Source: Candidatus Adlerbacteria bacterium RIFCSPLOWO2_01_FULL_51_16 (lineage in GTDB: Bacteria; Patescibacteriota; Minisyncoccia; Phycocordibacterales; SBAW01). Taken from it: a DNA stretch of 51,977 nt. The position numbers were made by a program, and so were the translations under genes. Positions 30,340 to 40,223 of this stretch are shown here, one piece after another (position 1 is the stretch's first letter; each line of letters opens with the position of its first letter). The notes under the pieces were generated by a model. It saw only the letters and a list, made by a program, of their open reading frames with translations. It ran no database searches and was not told where the DNA came from. The stretch spans positions 1 through 51,977 of the forward strand of contig MEWX01000026.1 of the NCBI GenBank assembly GCA_001775485.1, written 5' to 3'.

Positions 30340-31812
30340 TTACCGAACACTAAACGCGTAGGAAAGGGGAAATTTTTCGCGCCAGGCGGGGCGTGCGGCA
30401 AGCACAAGAGCATCAAGTCCGAGAATGAGCGGAAGGAGAAATAGTTTGAAGATGCGCGGGAGAATCAACTCGGTTTGTGCATACGCGGCACACAATGGTC
30501 CGCGGCCGATAGGAGAAATAGTTATGCGGACAAATCCGGCCATTTTGAAAAGCTTCATGAGCCCCTCCCCCGTCAGGCGAGTGTAATCATGCGGACTCGG
30601 ATGCACCCCAACAAGAAACGGGACGATACCCAAGAGCGTCCCGTCACGCCTTAACACGCGCCGGATGTTGCGGAGAAGTCGCTCGCGATTATGTACATGC
30701 TCAAGAACGTTAAACAGGAGCGCTGTATCAAAATGATTGTCAGGAAACGGTAAATCCCCCTTTTCGAGATCCACAAGAAAATCGGGCTTGGCCTTCGGGT
30801 CAATATCAAGCGTCGTCACGTTATGCCATCGCGCCTGACCCAAAAACCGCCAATAGCTTGCGTGCCCGTCTCCACCCACATCAAGCACACGCCCATAGGC
30901 CTCAAAATGACACACCGCGAGGTTCCCCAGTATCCGGTTAAGATCCTTCCCGCGAAGCGTCTCAACAAACAGTACATACCACGCCCGCGTCGCGAAATAA
31001 TTTTTTATGTCTCCAAACAAGACATAAAGGTGATAGCGTACGATAGTGAGCTCAATTGAGAGCGGCATAGAGTTTTTAAAGCCCCATCGCAAGTACATTG
31101 CGGGTAGGCGCCAGAGGAGATAGCCAAGAATCGTCTTTATTCTGCGATATACGCTCCAGTACAAAAACGAGGAGAGCGTTCCGTATTGTGCGGTTTGGAG
31201 CTCCCGTTTTGCATAGGTATGCAAATAATCCCAGTACCTCTCCACGCGCTCGCGCGGCCAGTGGAAATTGTAGAAATTCTGCATTTCTCCTATAGGAAAT
31301 TTTTTCTCATCAAACGCAAGTCGCTCGTGGACCGGTCCGCGGAAGTGCGCACCAACGCGCTCGTGCACCAGCCGCGTTTGGTAGGAAGGGTAGGTCGCTT
31401 CATGTTTTATTTCTCTACCGTCAATAAAAATACGGGTTGGCATGCGCCAAACAAAATGTTTCGGATTCGAATCCGAGACGATTGTCCTGATTTCTTCAAC
31501 CGCCTCTTTTGAAAGAGTATCGTCTGAATCCATAAAAAACCGCCACGGAAGTGTCGAGGAACTCATTGCACGCTCCCTAACCCTTGCCTTGTCCATAGCA
31601 CACGGGGTCTCGGGCTCGTCGGTATCGTATTGCTTAATAACGCGCGCGCCGAAGGCGCGTGCGATGTTTTGTGTTGCATCACTGGAGTTACCGTCACAGA
31701 CGATAATTTCCTCAAAATCCTTCAGTGACTCCAGACACGCCGAAAGCCCCCGAGCGCTATTGAGCGTCAGTAGTGAGACCGAGCACGGAATTTTCTTTCC
31801 CTGATTATTCAT
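30340..31812 (-). CDS. GT2 glycosyltransferase fused to a class I methyltransferase
   Basis: N-terminal CDGNSSDAT and MDSDD; C-terminal LDVGG, FNVLEHV, LRRDG, VPF..HPSPHDY.R. Confidence 0.82.
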   Translation of the reverse strand: MNNQGKKIPCSVSLLTLNSARGLSACLESLKDFEEIIVCDGNSSDATQNIARAFGARVIKQYDTDEPETPCAMDKARVRERAMSSSTLPWRFFMDSDDTLSKEAVEEIRTIVSDSNPKHFVWRMPTRIFIDGREIKHEATYPSYQTRLVHERVGAHFRGPVHERLAFDEKKFPIGEMQNFYNFHWPRERVERYWDYLHTYAKRELQTAQYGTLSSFLYWSVYRRIKTILGYLLWRLPAMYLRWGFKNSMPLSIELTIVRYHLYVLFGDIKNYFATRAWYVLFVETLRGKDLNRILGNLAVCHFEAYGRVLDVGGDGHASYWRFLGQARWHNVTTLDIDPKAKPDFLVDLEKGDLPFPDNHFDTALLFNVLEHVHNRERLLRNIRRVLRRDGTLLGIVPFLVGVHPSPHDYTRLTGEGLMKLFKMAGFVRITISPIGRGPLCAAYAQTELILPRIFKLFLLPLILGLDALVLAARPAWREKFPLSYAFSVR

Positions 31813-33035
31813 AGGGAGGAGAGCGCGTCCCGCACTATAGCATCAAGCGCTTGTTGTGAAAACAACGTTTCCGAACGGCTGCGAGCAGAGAGTGACAATT
31901 CTTTGCGCCGCGAGACACTGCGAAGCTGCAGTAGAGCCTCAACAAACTCATCCGCTGTTTTCGCCGCGATAAACTCCCTGCCGCTTGCGTATGCATATCC
32001 TGCGATTGCCCGCCGTGAGGTAATGGTCGGGATACCCCTGACAATCGGCTCAAATACTTTTTGTTGCATGCCCGCCCCCATGAGAGACGGCACAAGTGCC
32101 ACATCCATTGAAGAGAGAAACTCCTGAATGTTTTGCACATATCCCTCGTAGTGACATCCCTCTTGTTGTGCCGCACGGACAAGTCCATCGGGGAGTTTTG
32201 CTCCGAGAATATGAAAAGCAAATTCTCCCGGCGCGCGGCGATTAGCTTTGGGGATAATCTGGCGCAGAAAAAATTCTGCCGCTGCCTCGTTGTGGGTAAC
32301 ACTGTAGGAAGAACCCATAAAAAAGACATTGAGCGGCCGGTGTTCGCGGATATTCTGCAGCGGCGAAGCAAGAAATCGAGGAAGAGACCGGAGCGGCAAT
32401 ACCCCCGTACGACGAGCCCCGAGCTTGCGATACAGACGTTCTTCTTTTGGCGTTATTGCAAGGAGAGCGTCACTTAAACTGGCAGTTATAATCTCCCCTA
32501 AAAATTTTGGTACAAATTTCAAATAATTAAAAAGTGTATAGCCCCCTTCCTCCAAAAAATGTACCGGTTCAAAGTTATTGGAGCGGGTAATAATAGACAC
32601 TCCCGCTCTTCGCACCAATCTGTAGAGCGGCCAAAGGTATGTGTACTCAAACCATACGACATTAGGGCGAAATTCTTTGAGCTCTCTTGCGAGGGCCGCC
32701 CGGATTCCCGGCTCTGCATATTCGTACGCCGCGCCATCAAAGTAGAGCGGGTTGCGGAACTTTCCAAGAAATTTCCATACGCGCTCGCTTGGGGAAAGTT
32801 TTCGGTTGCTGTAGCGATACGGAACAGGCACGACTCTCACCCCCATCTCGCGCGCAGTGCGCTCAATGGCGCCCCGGTCTGCCCACTCCACTATCTTTGC
32901 AATAATCACGACCTCGCAGCCCAACCGCACAAGTTGCCGAATGCCATCCGCCCTGTCCATCTGCTCCGCCCCACTCTCAATTACAGGGAAGCTCGGGCAA
33001 ACCATGAGCACGCGTTTGTTCACAGGGTTAGACAT
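31809..33035 (-). CDS. GT4 glycosyltransferase
   Basis: SNNFE, FMGS...HN, GYV, P...GAGMQQKVFE. Start placed at ATG 33035, which overlaps the upstream stop region. Confidence 0.82.
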   Translation of the reverse strand: MSNPVNKRVLMVCPSFPVIESGAEQMDRADGIRQLVRLGCEVVIIAKIVEWADRGAIERTAREMGVRVVPVPYRYSNRKLSPSERVWKFLGKFRNPLYFDGAAYEYAEPGIRAALARELKEFRPNVVWFEYTYLWPLYRLVRRAGVSIITRSNNFEPVHFLEEGGYTLFNYLKFVPKFLGEIITASLSDALLAITPKEERLYRKLGARRTGVLPLRSLPRFLASPLQNIREHRPLNVFFMGSSYSVTHNEAAAEFFLRQIIPKANRRAPGEFAFHILGAKLPDGLVRAAQQEGCHYEGYVQNIQEFLSSMDVALVPSLMGAGMQQKVFEPIVRGIPTITSRRAIAGYAYASGREFIAAKTADEFVEALLQLRSVSRRKELSLSARSRSETLFSQQALDAIVRDALSSL

Positions 33036-33987
33036 AAAGGCCAAGAATTTTTGGTACAAGCCGCACGAGTGAGTGCCGCTCTTTAACGATCGTTGTCCGA
33101 TCCCGACTTTCCCGCTCGACTTTCAGTTCCTTTGCGATAGCTTCGGGTGTTGCCGGTACGATTTGTACCGGATAATCCCTGTATACATCACTTGTCGTAA
33201 CAACCGCGACATCTGTTGCAAGAGCTTCGAGGACCACTTTGTCCAAACTCCCGGTTTCACTCGTGTGTATCAAGAAGGATGCTTTCCGGTATTCGTCGCG
33301 TAACTGCCCTTGTGTAAGGCCGCCCAGAAAATGTACACGGGGCTTAATTGACTGCACAAGCGACTCAAGTATTTTACGCTCCGGCCCTTCCCCTATGATA
33401 TAGAGCTCTCTGTCTGCAAGTACTGCGGCGCGAATAGCCAAATCGTGCCTCTTGCTGGGCGAAAGTCTTCCAACTGAAAGTATCGCGTCGCCCCGTACAG
33501 TATTCGGGTCTGAAGTAAAAAAATCAGTGTCTATGCCGTGTCCGAGAACGGTAACTTTTTTGCTCTTGAGGCGAAAACTCTCTTTTGAGGCTGTTGCGAC
33601 GGCGTGTGCAAGTAGTGTTGCTATACGTAGTGCAAGCGTCACACTTTTGTGCGTATACCACAGCACTATTTTTTTATTCCACAAACGCCAAAATATGCCC
33701 CCGAGCACCACATATTCCGGGCTCATATGCACAAAGACCGCATCATGCTGTTTTCGAAGCACTACGATATACCGCAATGCCCGGATCCATCGCATCAACC
33801 GCGGAGTCCCTTTCTCTTTACCGAGAGAATGTACTTCAACATTTTTGGGGAGAGCGTGCTCCCCTTCCTGTAAACATATGACGACCACTTTCTCACAGTG
33901 TTTTGCAAACTCTTCTAACCAGCGGTGAAAAAACCCTAAGTCCGGGTCATTGCGATCGACGGTCTGCGTGCAAACTAAAAGACGCAT
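33028..33987 (-). CDS. GT4 glycosyltransferase
   Basis: GHGIDTD, SVGRLSPSK, TGSLDKVVLEALA. Confidence 0.88.
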   Translation of the reverse strand: MRLLVCTQTVDRNDPDLGFFHRWLEEFAKHCEKVVVICLQEGEHALPKNVEVHSLGKEKGTPRLMRWIRALRYIVVLRKQHDAVFVHMSPEYVVLGGIFWRLWNKKIVLWYTHKSVTLALRIATLLAHAVATASKESFRLKSKKVTVLGHGIDTDFFTSDPNTVRGDAILSVGRLSPSKRHDLAIRAAVLADRELYIIGEGPERKILESLVQSIKPRVHFLGGLTQGQLRDEYRKASFLIHTSETGSLDKVVLEALATDVAVVTTSDVYRDYPVQIVPATPEAIAKELKVERESRDRTTIVKERHSLVRLVPKILGLYV

Positions 33988-33989
33988 AG

Positions 33990-34823
33990 TTACTCACCGT
34001 AAACTCCGCTCAGCAGATCGGTGTCTTTACCGCTTGTTTTAAGCAGTTCGATATTTTTTTGCTCAAGAGCAGCGAGCACTGCGAGACCTTTAGTATCTTT
34101 GGGCAGAAGTTTTTTGTAGAGCTCCCGGAAGGCCGCAAAGTCCTTAATGAAGCACCCCCCACCCGCACCACGGCCGGTCTTATGCACCGGCTTGCCGTAG
34201 CGATTGGCGACATAGGGATCATGGTCAAGTGCCTCACGCACCTTCTCCCAATCGGCACTGAGTGTCTGTGCCGTGTCGTATAAAACGTTTGCAAGTATTA
34301 CTTGAAAATATCCGTTGAGGTTGTGCGAATATTTGATGAGCTCGGCTTCAGTCGAGGTGCATATCTGGACAAAAGGAGCCTCAGGTAAGACCGTTAGCAC
34401 TTTCTGTGCCGCTGCGCGATGCACCTCGTCATCAACGGAAAGTCCAACAATATTGGAGAAGGGATGTGCCGCATCGTACGCCGCGCTTCCCTCACTCAAG
34501 AACTCCGGCGCGTACAGCACAACTATGCCCGGATTTTGTTTTTGTAACTCTACCGTGCTTCCCGGGAGTACTGTCGATTTGATAACCGCTATTTTCCCCT
34601 TCCCGATGAGCGAGAGTGCCTCCTGCACGATACCGGGGTCAAAACCTTTGGGAGTAGTCGGTGTCGGCACCGCAACAAATACAATATCGCACTCTTTTAT
34701 TTTTTCTTTGTTCATGCGGTACGGCTCCTCAAGCGCGTAGCGCACGGTTTGATACCCGCGTTCTTCGAAATTGTCCGCATAGTTCTTCCCTATCCAACCC
34801 TGTCCGATGAATCCGATTGTCAT
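33990..34823 (-). CDS. UDP-glucose/GDP-mannose dehydrogenase family protein, lacking the C-terminal domain
   Basis: IGQGWIG, AVPTP, KSTVLPG, PEFL.EG, AELIKY, GGGCFIKD. Start trimmed to 34823. Confidence 0.82.
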   Translation of the reverse strand: MTIGFIGQGWIGKNYADNFEERGYQTVRYALEEPYRMNKEKIKECDIVFVAVPTPTTPKGFDPGIVQEALSLIGKGKIAVIKSTVLPGSTVELQKQNPGIVVLYAPEFLSEGSAAYDAAHPFSNIVGLSVDDEVHRAAAQKVLTVLPEAPFVQICTSTEAELIKYSHNLNGYFQVILANVLYDTAQTLSADWEKVREALDHDPYVANRYGKPVHKTGRGAGGGCFIKDFAAFRELYKKLLPKDTKGLAVLAALEQKNIELLKTSGKDTDLLSGVYGE

Positions 34824-35707
34824 ATAAGAGTATTTTTCCAATTTTGCGCCCACGCTTCTTTATTAAGCAGGGGTAATTGTATCGCACCTCGTGCTCCTGA
34901 GCGAAGTATTTCGGCAACGCCCACGGCTATTTCCGAGTGTGCTTTCACTGTAGCGCCCGCCTCTTTTGCAATACCCACATCGGGCGAGACGACCGGCACC
35001 CCCGCCGCAAGGGCCTCTACAATGCTTACGCCGTAGCTTTCGTGTTTAGAGGTCGAGAGTACCACATCAGCTGTCGCGAGATAGAGGGCCGGGTCCTGCC
35101 AGCCCGGAAATTCAATCGGAAGTCCCTGCGCCCGCTCTCGCAATTTCTTCTCCGTACTTCCACTACCGAGCATCACGAGTTTTGCATCCAGCGTCTCTCG
35201 GATTTTTTCAAACACTTCAATTGCGTACATCGGATCTTTCTCGGGCTCAAAGCGCCCTATCCATAGGATTGTTTTTGTATCGTGTGGTTGGCGCGCAATA
35301 TTTTGAAAACGGCTTACGTCAACAAAAACAGGGAGTACACGGACCGGCACTTTGATACTCATACTCTCCACTTGTTTTTTTATTCTTTCCGACACCACTC
35401 GCACCGAATCGGCACGGCGCAGAACAATTTGCGCAAGAACACGGCGAACGAAAGGTTGCGCCGAGAGATCTGTGTGCACCTGGACATTGAGTTTCGCGCC
35501 CATGCGGCGCGCTATTAGCCATCCTATAAATCCGCGCCAAAACGGGTCTTGAGCGGTTACGACGTCAAATCTCCCGCTCGCAACGCTGGGCCACAGCGCA
35601 CCGCGACCCCAATACACAACCACGAGTGTTTCCACCTGTGCCCGCTGTAGTGCAAAACGCGGGCTTGTGGCAAAGTTTTTATCACCGGTGATCATGAGAA
35701 CTTTCAT
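34820..35707 (-). CDS. GT4 glycosyltransferase
   Basis: WIGRFEPEK, ESYGVSIVEALAAGVPVV. Confidence 0.88.
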   Translation of the reverse strand: MKVLMITGDKNFATSPRFALQRAQVETLVVVYWGRGALWPSVASGRFDVVTAQDPFWRGFIGWLIARRMGAKLNVQVHTDLSAQPFVRRVLAQIVLRRADSVRVVSERIKKQVESMSIKVPVRVLPVFVDVSRFQNIARQPHDTKTILWIGRFEPEKDPMYAIEVFEKIRETLDAKLVMLGSGSTEKKLRERAQGLPIEFPGWQDPALYLATADVVLSTSKHESYGVSIVEALAAGVPVVSPDVGIAKEAGATVKAHSEIAVGVAEILRSGARGAIQLPLLNKEAWAQNWKNTLI

Positions 35708-36699
35708 ATAGTTTGCAAAAGGTCGATCAATTTGCCGAGCGTAGTATCGATCGAAAAGCGGGCTACTTTGATGCGGGCTTCCTCCGCCCGCGCACGGGCT
35801 GTCTCTCTATCCTGTTCTATTTTTTTGAGCGCGATATGTAGCGCATCGTCGTCTTTAGGCGGAATAAGCAACCCTTCGATGCCGTCGGTAATAAGTTCCG
35901 GATTGCCCCCCACAGCAGTCGCCACTATCGGCGTACCGAGAGACATGGCTTCCAGGAGCACGTGCGAGAGACCTTCGTAGGTTGAGTTGAGTACAAAGAC
36001 ATCGGCGGTTTTAACCCAACCGAGCGCTTGAGCGCGCGGAAGACCGTCTGCAACAAACAGATGCCAGCTTGGCTCCCGCCCAATGACGCGGGCAAGACCC
36101 TCAAACCCTTTCCACGGCACCTTACGCCCGACTGTAACAACTAAAAATCCGTTCGAGCGATTTTTGGGAAGTTCAACAGGCACCGGGAGCGCGATTCCGT
36201 TATATATAAGAACTGGCACCACCCCCCAACCAGAAACTATGTGCCGCATATACTCGCTCGGCACCACTACTGACCGTGCACTCCGTACAACAAATTTCTG
36301 CAGCGCGCGCAACACGCCAACCCGCCAACCATAGCTTTTGGGCTGAAACTCATCAAGAGAATCCATGACTCCCCACCGCCCCGATGCCTGCTCCCACGCG
36401 TAATCTCCCGGGACACGCACGATAAACTTCTTACCCAAGACGTGTGCGGCAAGTGCCGCCGGAAACCCAACGCTTACGGTGTCCTGCGCGAATATCACGT
36501 CAACCTTGCGCGCGAGCATAAGGCATTTCCATACATATACGAGATGACGGATCCCTTTTGGGAGGGACCTCACGGCGCGAAACGGTAGCACAGATACCCC
36601 AATCCCCCGAGCAGGCAGACGTTCTTCAAGTAATTTAGTATATGTCGCGGGCCCGCCAGTTTCTGGCGGATAGAGTCCGGTTGCTATAAGTATGCGCAT
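35704..36699 (-). CDS. GT4 glycosyltransferase
   Basis: YPPETGGPA, VGR.VPWKG, EGLSHVLLEAMSLG. Confidence 0.88.
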   Translation of the reverse strand: MRILIATGLYPPETGGPATYTKLLEERLPARGIGVSVLPFRAVRSLPKGIRHLVYVWKCLMLARKVDVIFAQDTVSVGFPAALAAHVLGKKFIVRVPGDYAWEQASGRWGVMDSLDEFQPKSYGWRVGVLRALQKFVVRSARSVVVPSEYMRHIVSGWGVVPVLIYNGIALPVPVELPKNRSNGFLVVTVGRKVPWKGFEGLARVIGREPSWHLFVADGLPRAQALGWVKTADVFVLNSTYEGLSHVLLEAMSLGTPIVATAVGGNPELITDGIEGLLIPPKDDDALHIALKKIEQDRETARARAEEARIKVARFSIDTTLGKLIDLLQTI

Positions 36700-36751
36700 G
36701 TAGTCATAGTGTATAACCTTCGGTCCAAACTACCAGTTACAATGAGCATAT

Positions 36752-37654
36752 ATGAAAGTAGTCGTAACAGGTGGGGCGGGATTTATCGGCTCACATCTGG
36801 TCAAAGCTCTTCTTGAGCGTGGAGATGAGGTACACGCGGTGGACAACTTGGCGGGAGGGAAGCGAGCTGATCGCCTGCACAAGGGAGCTGTGTATCATGA
36901 TACGGATATCCGCGACACAGGGGCACTCGATACTATTTTTTCCGGAGCACAGCTTGTGTTCCACACAGCAGCGCTTCCCCGCGTGCAGTACTCTATAGAA
37001 CATCCTGAAGAAACAAACGACGTCAACATAGGAGGCACCTTGCGTGTGCTTATAGCAGCGCGTGATGCAGGGGTTAAACGAGTAATATACTCCGGTTCCA
37101 GTTCTGCCTATGGAGACCAAGAGGTTATGCCGCTTTCTGAAGACATGCCCGCGCGCCCGAAAAGCCCATACGGACTGCAAAAACACGTGGGAGAGCTGTA
37201 TTGCCGGGTGTTCAGCGAAGTATACGGGCTCCAAACCGTATCGCTGCGCTTCTTCAATGTATATGGCCCTGCGGCGGACCCAAACGGCGCTTATGCGCTC
37301 GTGGTCTCAAAGTTTATAAAGCAAGCGTTAGAGGGTAAACCCCTTACCATCACCGGCGACGGCGAACAGACACGTGACTTCACCCATGTGAGTGATGTCG
37401 TTCGCGCGAACCTGCTTGCGGCAGAAAGCCCGCTCGTTGGAAAGGGCGAGGTCCTTAATATTGGTGCAGGGCGTCCGGTATCGATTAACACACTAGCACA
37501 ACTCATTGGTGGTAAAACTGTCCATATCGAGGCACGACTTGAGCCAAGACACACGGCGGCAGACATTACGCGTGCACAAACACTCCTTGGGTGGAAGCCT
37601 GAAATCTCTATTGAGACAGGCATCGCCGAGCTCAAAACACTTGCTAAGCTATAG
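36752..37654 (+). CDS. NAD-dependent nucleotide-sugar epimerase (WbpP/GalE-like)
   Basis: TGGAGFIGSH, SSSAYG, YGLQK, LRFFNVYGP, GDGEQTRDF. Confidence 0.9.
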   Translation: MKVVVTGGAGFIGSHLVKALLERGDEVHAVDNLAGGKRADRLHKGAVYHDTDIRDTGALDTIFSGAQLVFHTAALPRVQYSIEHPEETNDVNIGGTLRVLIAARDAGVKRVIYSGSSSAYGDQEVMPLSEDMPARPKSPYGLQKHVGELYCRVFSEVYGLQTVSLRFFNVYGPAADPNGAYALVVSKFIKQALEGKPLTITGDGEQTRDFTHVSDVVRANLLAAESPLVGKGEVLNIGAGRPVSINTLAQLIGGKTVHIEARLEPRHTAADITRAQTLLGWKPEISIETGIAELKTLAKL

Positions 37655-38797
37655 AACCTTTTTAAACACCCGCTCTTGCATCTTACCTGCAATCAAGTTC
37701 CAATCATAGTTTTCAAACACAAGTTTCTGCGCATGTTCTGCCACTTTTTTTGTTTGTTCGGGGTTGTTGAGAATTTCTTGAACCGCTTGTACGATTTGCT
37801 CCGGCGAATCTGTATCAACCGCAAAACCGGTCTGCTCTTTTCCAGGATTTCTCTTTGCATCATATAGAAAATCGGCAATGCCTCCCTCTTGTGTTGCAAT
37901 GACCGGAATTCCCGCGGCCATCGCCTCAATAAAAGAGCTACCCATTCCTTCCGAACGGCTGGGGCGCACGAATATAGTTGATGCTTGAAGATATGCCGGG
38001 AGTTCTTTGTGTGTTATGTGTCCCAAGAACCGCACGCGACTTGCCACCCCGAGCTCTTTGGAAAGTTTTTTAAGCTTTATTTCTTCAGAGCCTTCGCCGA
38101 GCACCAAAAAATGAACGGCAGGAAGTTCCGGCAGAGCACGGAGCACGTCATCAATCGCGTTTTTATGCGCCAAACGCGAGGTTGTTATAAGAATTGTTTC
38201 ATTCTCGCGGATATTTAACGTCTTGCGTACTTCAAAACGCTCTTGTGGTTTAGCAAAACGCTCTATATCTACCCCGTTGGGAATAACTTCAATTGGTCCT
38301 TTGTAATCAAACGTGCGAGCCCAACCGAGGAGATATTGCGATATGGTTTGGATGACTGTCGCGTGGCGAAAGCCATATCGCAGAAGCGGCATGAGAAGCC
38401 GTATATAGAAACGCTTAAAGACTACTTCAAACGGATCGCCATCTTGGAGGGTGAGCACGTAGGGGGTCTTCACACCAATTGGGCGTGAAAGTACGAGGGG
38501 AAAAACCATATAACTCATCATCGCCCACACAGCGTCAAAGTGGTGCTTTCGATGCAGCCGGGCCGCTGCAAACGCGGCGATCGGCACAAAAAGAATTTTG
38601 GAGAAATACGACGCCCCCCCGCCTACCCTATGTACGTACACATTGCCTATCTTTTCTCTCCGCGGCTCGTTGCGAAAACGCAGGGTGATCAAATGAAATT
38701 CAATATCCGCAATGCGGTCAGTGATTTCTTTAATAGCAATCTCCGCTCCCCCCACATGGGGAAAGTACGCGAGCGAAAAAATAAGAACTTTTTTCAT
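37649..38797 (-). CDS. GT4 glycosyltransferase
   Basis: PHVGGAE, IPNGVD, SRL..KN, EGMGSSFIEAMAAG. Confidence 0.9.
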   Translation of the reverse strand: MKKVLIFSLAYFPHVGGAEIAIKEITDRIADIEFHLITLRFRNEPRREKIGNVYVHRVGGGASYFSKILFVPIAAFAAARLHRKHHFDAVWAMMSYMVFPLVLSRPIGVKTPYVLTLQDGDPFEVVFKRFYIRLLMPLLRYGFRHATVIQTISQYLLGWARTFDYKGPIEVIPNGVDIERFAKPQERFEVRKTLNIRENETILITTSRLAHKNAIDDVLRALPELPAVHFLVLGEGSEEIKLKKLSKELGVASRVRFLGHITHKELPAYLQASTIFVRPSRSEGMGSSFIEAMAAGIPVIATQEGGIADFLYDAKRNPGKEQTGFAVDTDSPEQIVQAVQEILNNPEQTKKVAEHAQKLVFENYDWNLIAGKMQERVFKKVL

Positions 38798-39639
38798 ATA
38801 ACGCTTCGTATATAGTCGGAAAGTTTTCGTTTTGGTGCCCAGCCGAGGGCCTCGGATTTTGCGGTGTCAAGAACTGAATCCATGCGGTTGCCTTTACGCC
38901 CAGGAAGCATCACTATTTCTCCACCAAACATTTTGGCGACTTCAAGTATTGAATAGGATTCCGAGGCGCCAAGACCAAACTCGTCTCCGATCCCCCCTTT
39001 TCCGACCAACATGAGACCATCTACTATATCGTCTACGTGCGTAAAATTTCTTTTTTGTGTGCCGGGAGAAACCACCGTAAGCTTTTCTCCGGCTTGCTTT
39101 TGGCGCCGGAATGTTTCTATCAGAGTGCCGTACTCGGATGCCGGCCTCTCGCGCGGGCCGTACACGTTATAAAAATAAGTGACAGCATACGGGAGTTCGT
39201 ACCATGCTCCATAATTTTGGACGAGCTCGGTGTTGCTTGCTTTTGCCCACGCATACGGACTCTGGAGGCGGCCGAGGCCTCCATCGCCAAATTTGGTGGA
39301 AGAGCCCGCGTAAATGAGCTTGCACTTTTTTGAGCGCCAAAATTCAACGACACCGAAGGTGCCATCTTTGTTGAGATTCCACACTAACGCGGGTTCAGTG
39401 AGCGAAATTTCCACCCGCGAGTACTCGCCAAGGTGGTAGATAATGTCGGGCGTTTCGGGAATATGTTTTGCAATATCTTTTGTGTGGCCCTCGCGGTACT
39501 CAACCCCCTTTATGTGGTTATCTTTGGAGCCGGTAAAATAATTATCAAGCGAAATAACCCGGTGCCCCTCGCCTGCGAGCCGTTCACAAAGATGCGAACC
39601 AATAAAACCGGCACCACCGGTTACCACAATAGTTTTCAT
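38794..39639 (-). CDS. NAD-dependent epimerase/dehydratase
   Basis: TGGAGFIGSHL, GSS, YAWAK, FYNVYGP, RNFTHVDD. Confidence 0.88.
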   Translation of the reverse strand: MKTIVVTGGAGFIGSHLCERLAGEGHRVISLDNYFTGSKDNHIKGVEYREGHTKDIAKHIPETPDIIYHLGEYSRVEISLTEPALVWNLNKDGTFGVVEFWRSKKCKLIYAGSSTKFGDGGLGRLQSPYAWAKASNTELVQNYGAWYELPYAVTYFYNVYGPRERPASEYGTLIETFRRQKQAGEKLTVVSPGTQKRNFTHVDDIVDGLMLVGKGGIGDEFGLGASESYSILEVAKMFGGEIVMLPGRKGNRMDSVLDTAKSEALGWAPKRKLSDYIRSVI

Positions 39640-40223
39640 TCGTTTATTATTTCAAACTCATCTGCAGAGGAGAAAGTTGCTCTTTGCATTTCAGAAGTTC
39701 GTGCATAAAAGACGGCTGCAACACCAAGAACAATAATCGCCACGAGACCGAGTGCGTAGGCCATAACCGTTGATTCTGCTTGAGGCATCTCGCGCGATGT
39801 GAACACAGCGGCCTCCTGTTGTACCTTTTGTTTTGGCTCGGTAAGCGGCAAGGGCGGCGATGTCTCAACGGCGGAGCTTGCGGGAGCAGACCTCGGCGGA
39901 GCCGGCGAAACAACCGGTGCAGACGGCGGGAGCGGCTCAACACTGCCGACCGTTATCTGCTCTTTAATAGCCGCAAAGGTGACTGTACCAATGCCTTTCA
40001 CCTGCATAATATCTTCTACTTTTCTGAACGGGCCATTGTACGTGCGATAGTCGATGATTGCTTGCGCTTTTACTTCGCCAATGCCATACAGCTCTGTTAG
40101 CATCGCCCTGTCGGCGGTATTGATGTTTATAAGATCGGCAGCATAAAGCGGCGTCCACGCGCAAACCAACAGCATAAGCGCCCAAACAATAAAGAGAGGG
40201 GTGTTGCTACTCTTCGGTTTCAT
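39636..40223 (-). CDS. comEA: ComEA-like helix-hairpin-helix DNA-binding protein
   Basis: Signal/TM segment, ININTAD...LYGIGEVKAQAIIDYR..NGPF....D...VKGIG, Pro-rich linker and C-terminal TM. Start placed at ATG 40223. Confidence 0.88.
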   Translation of the reverse strand: MKPKSSNTPLFIVWALMLLVCAWTPLYAADLININTADRAMLTELYGIGEVKAQAIIDYRTYNGPFRKVEDIMQVKGIGTVTFAAIKEQITVGSVEPLPPSAPVVSPAPPRSAPASSAVETSPPLPLTEPKQKVQQEAAVFTSREMPQAESTVMAYALGLVAIIVLGVAAVFYARTSEMQRATFSSADEFEIINE

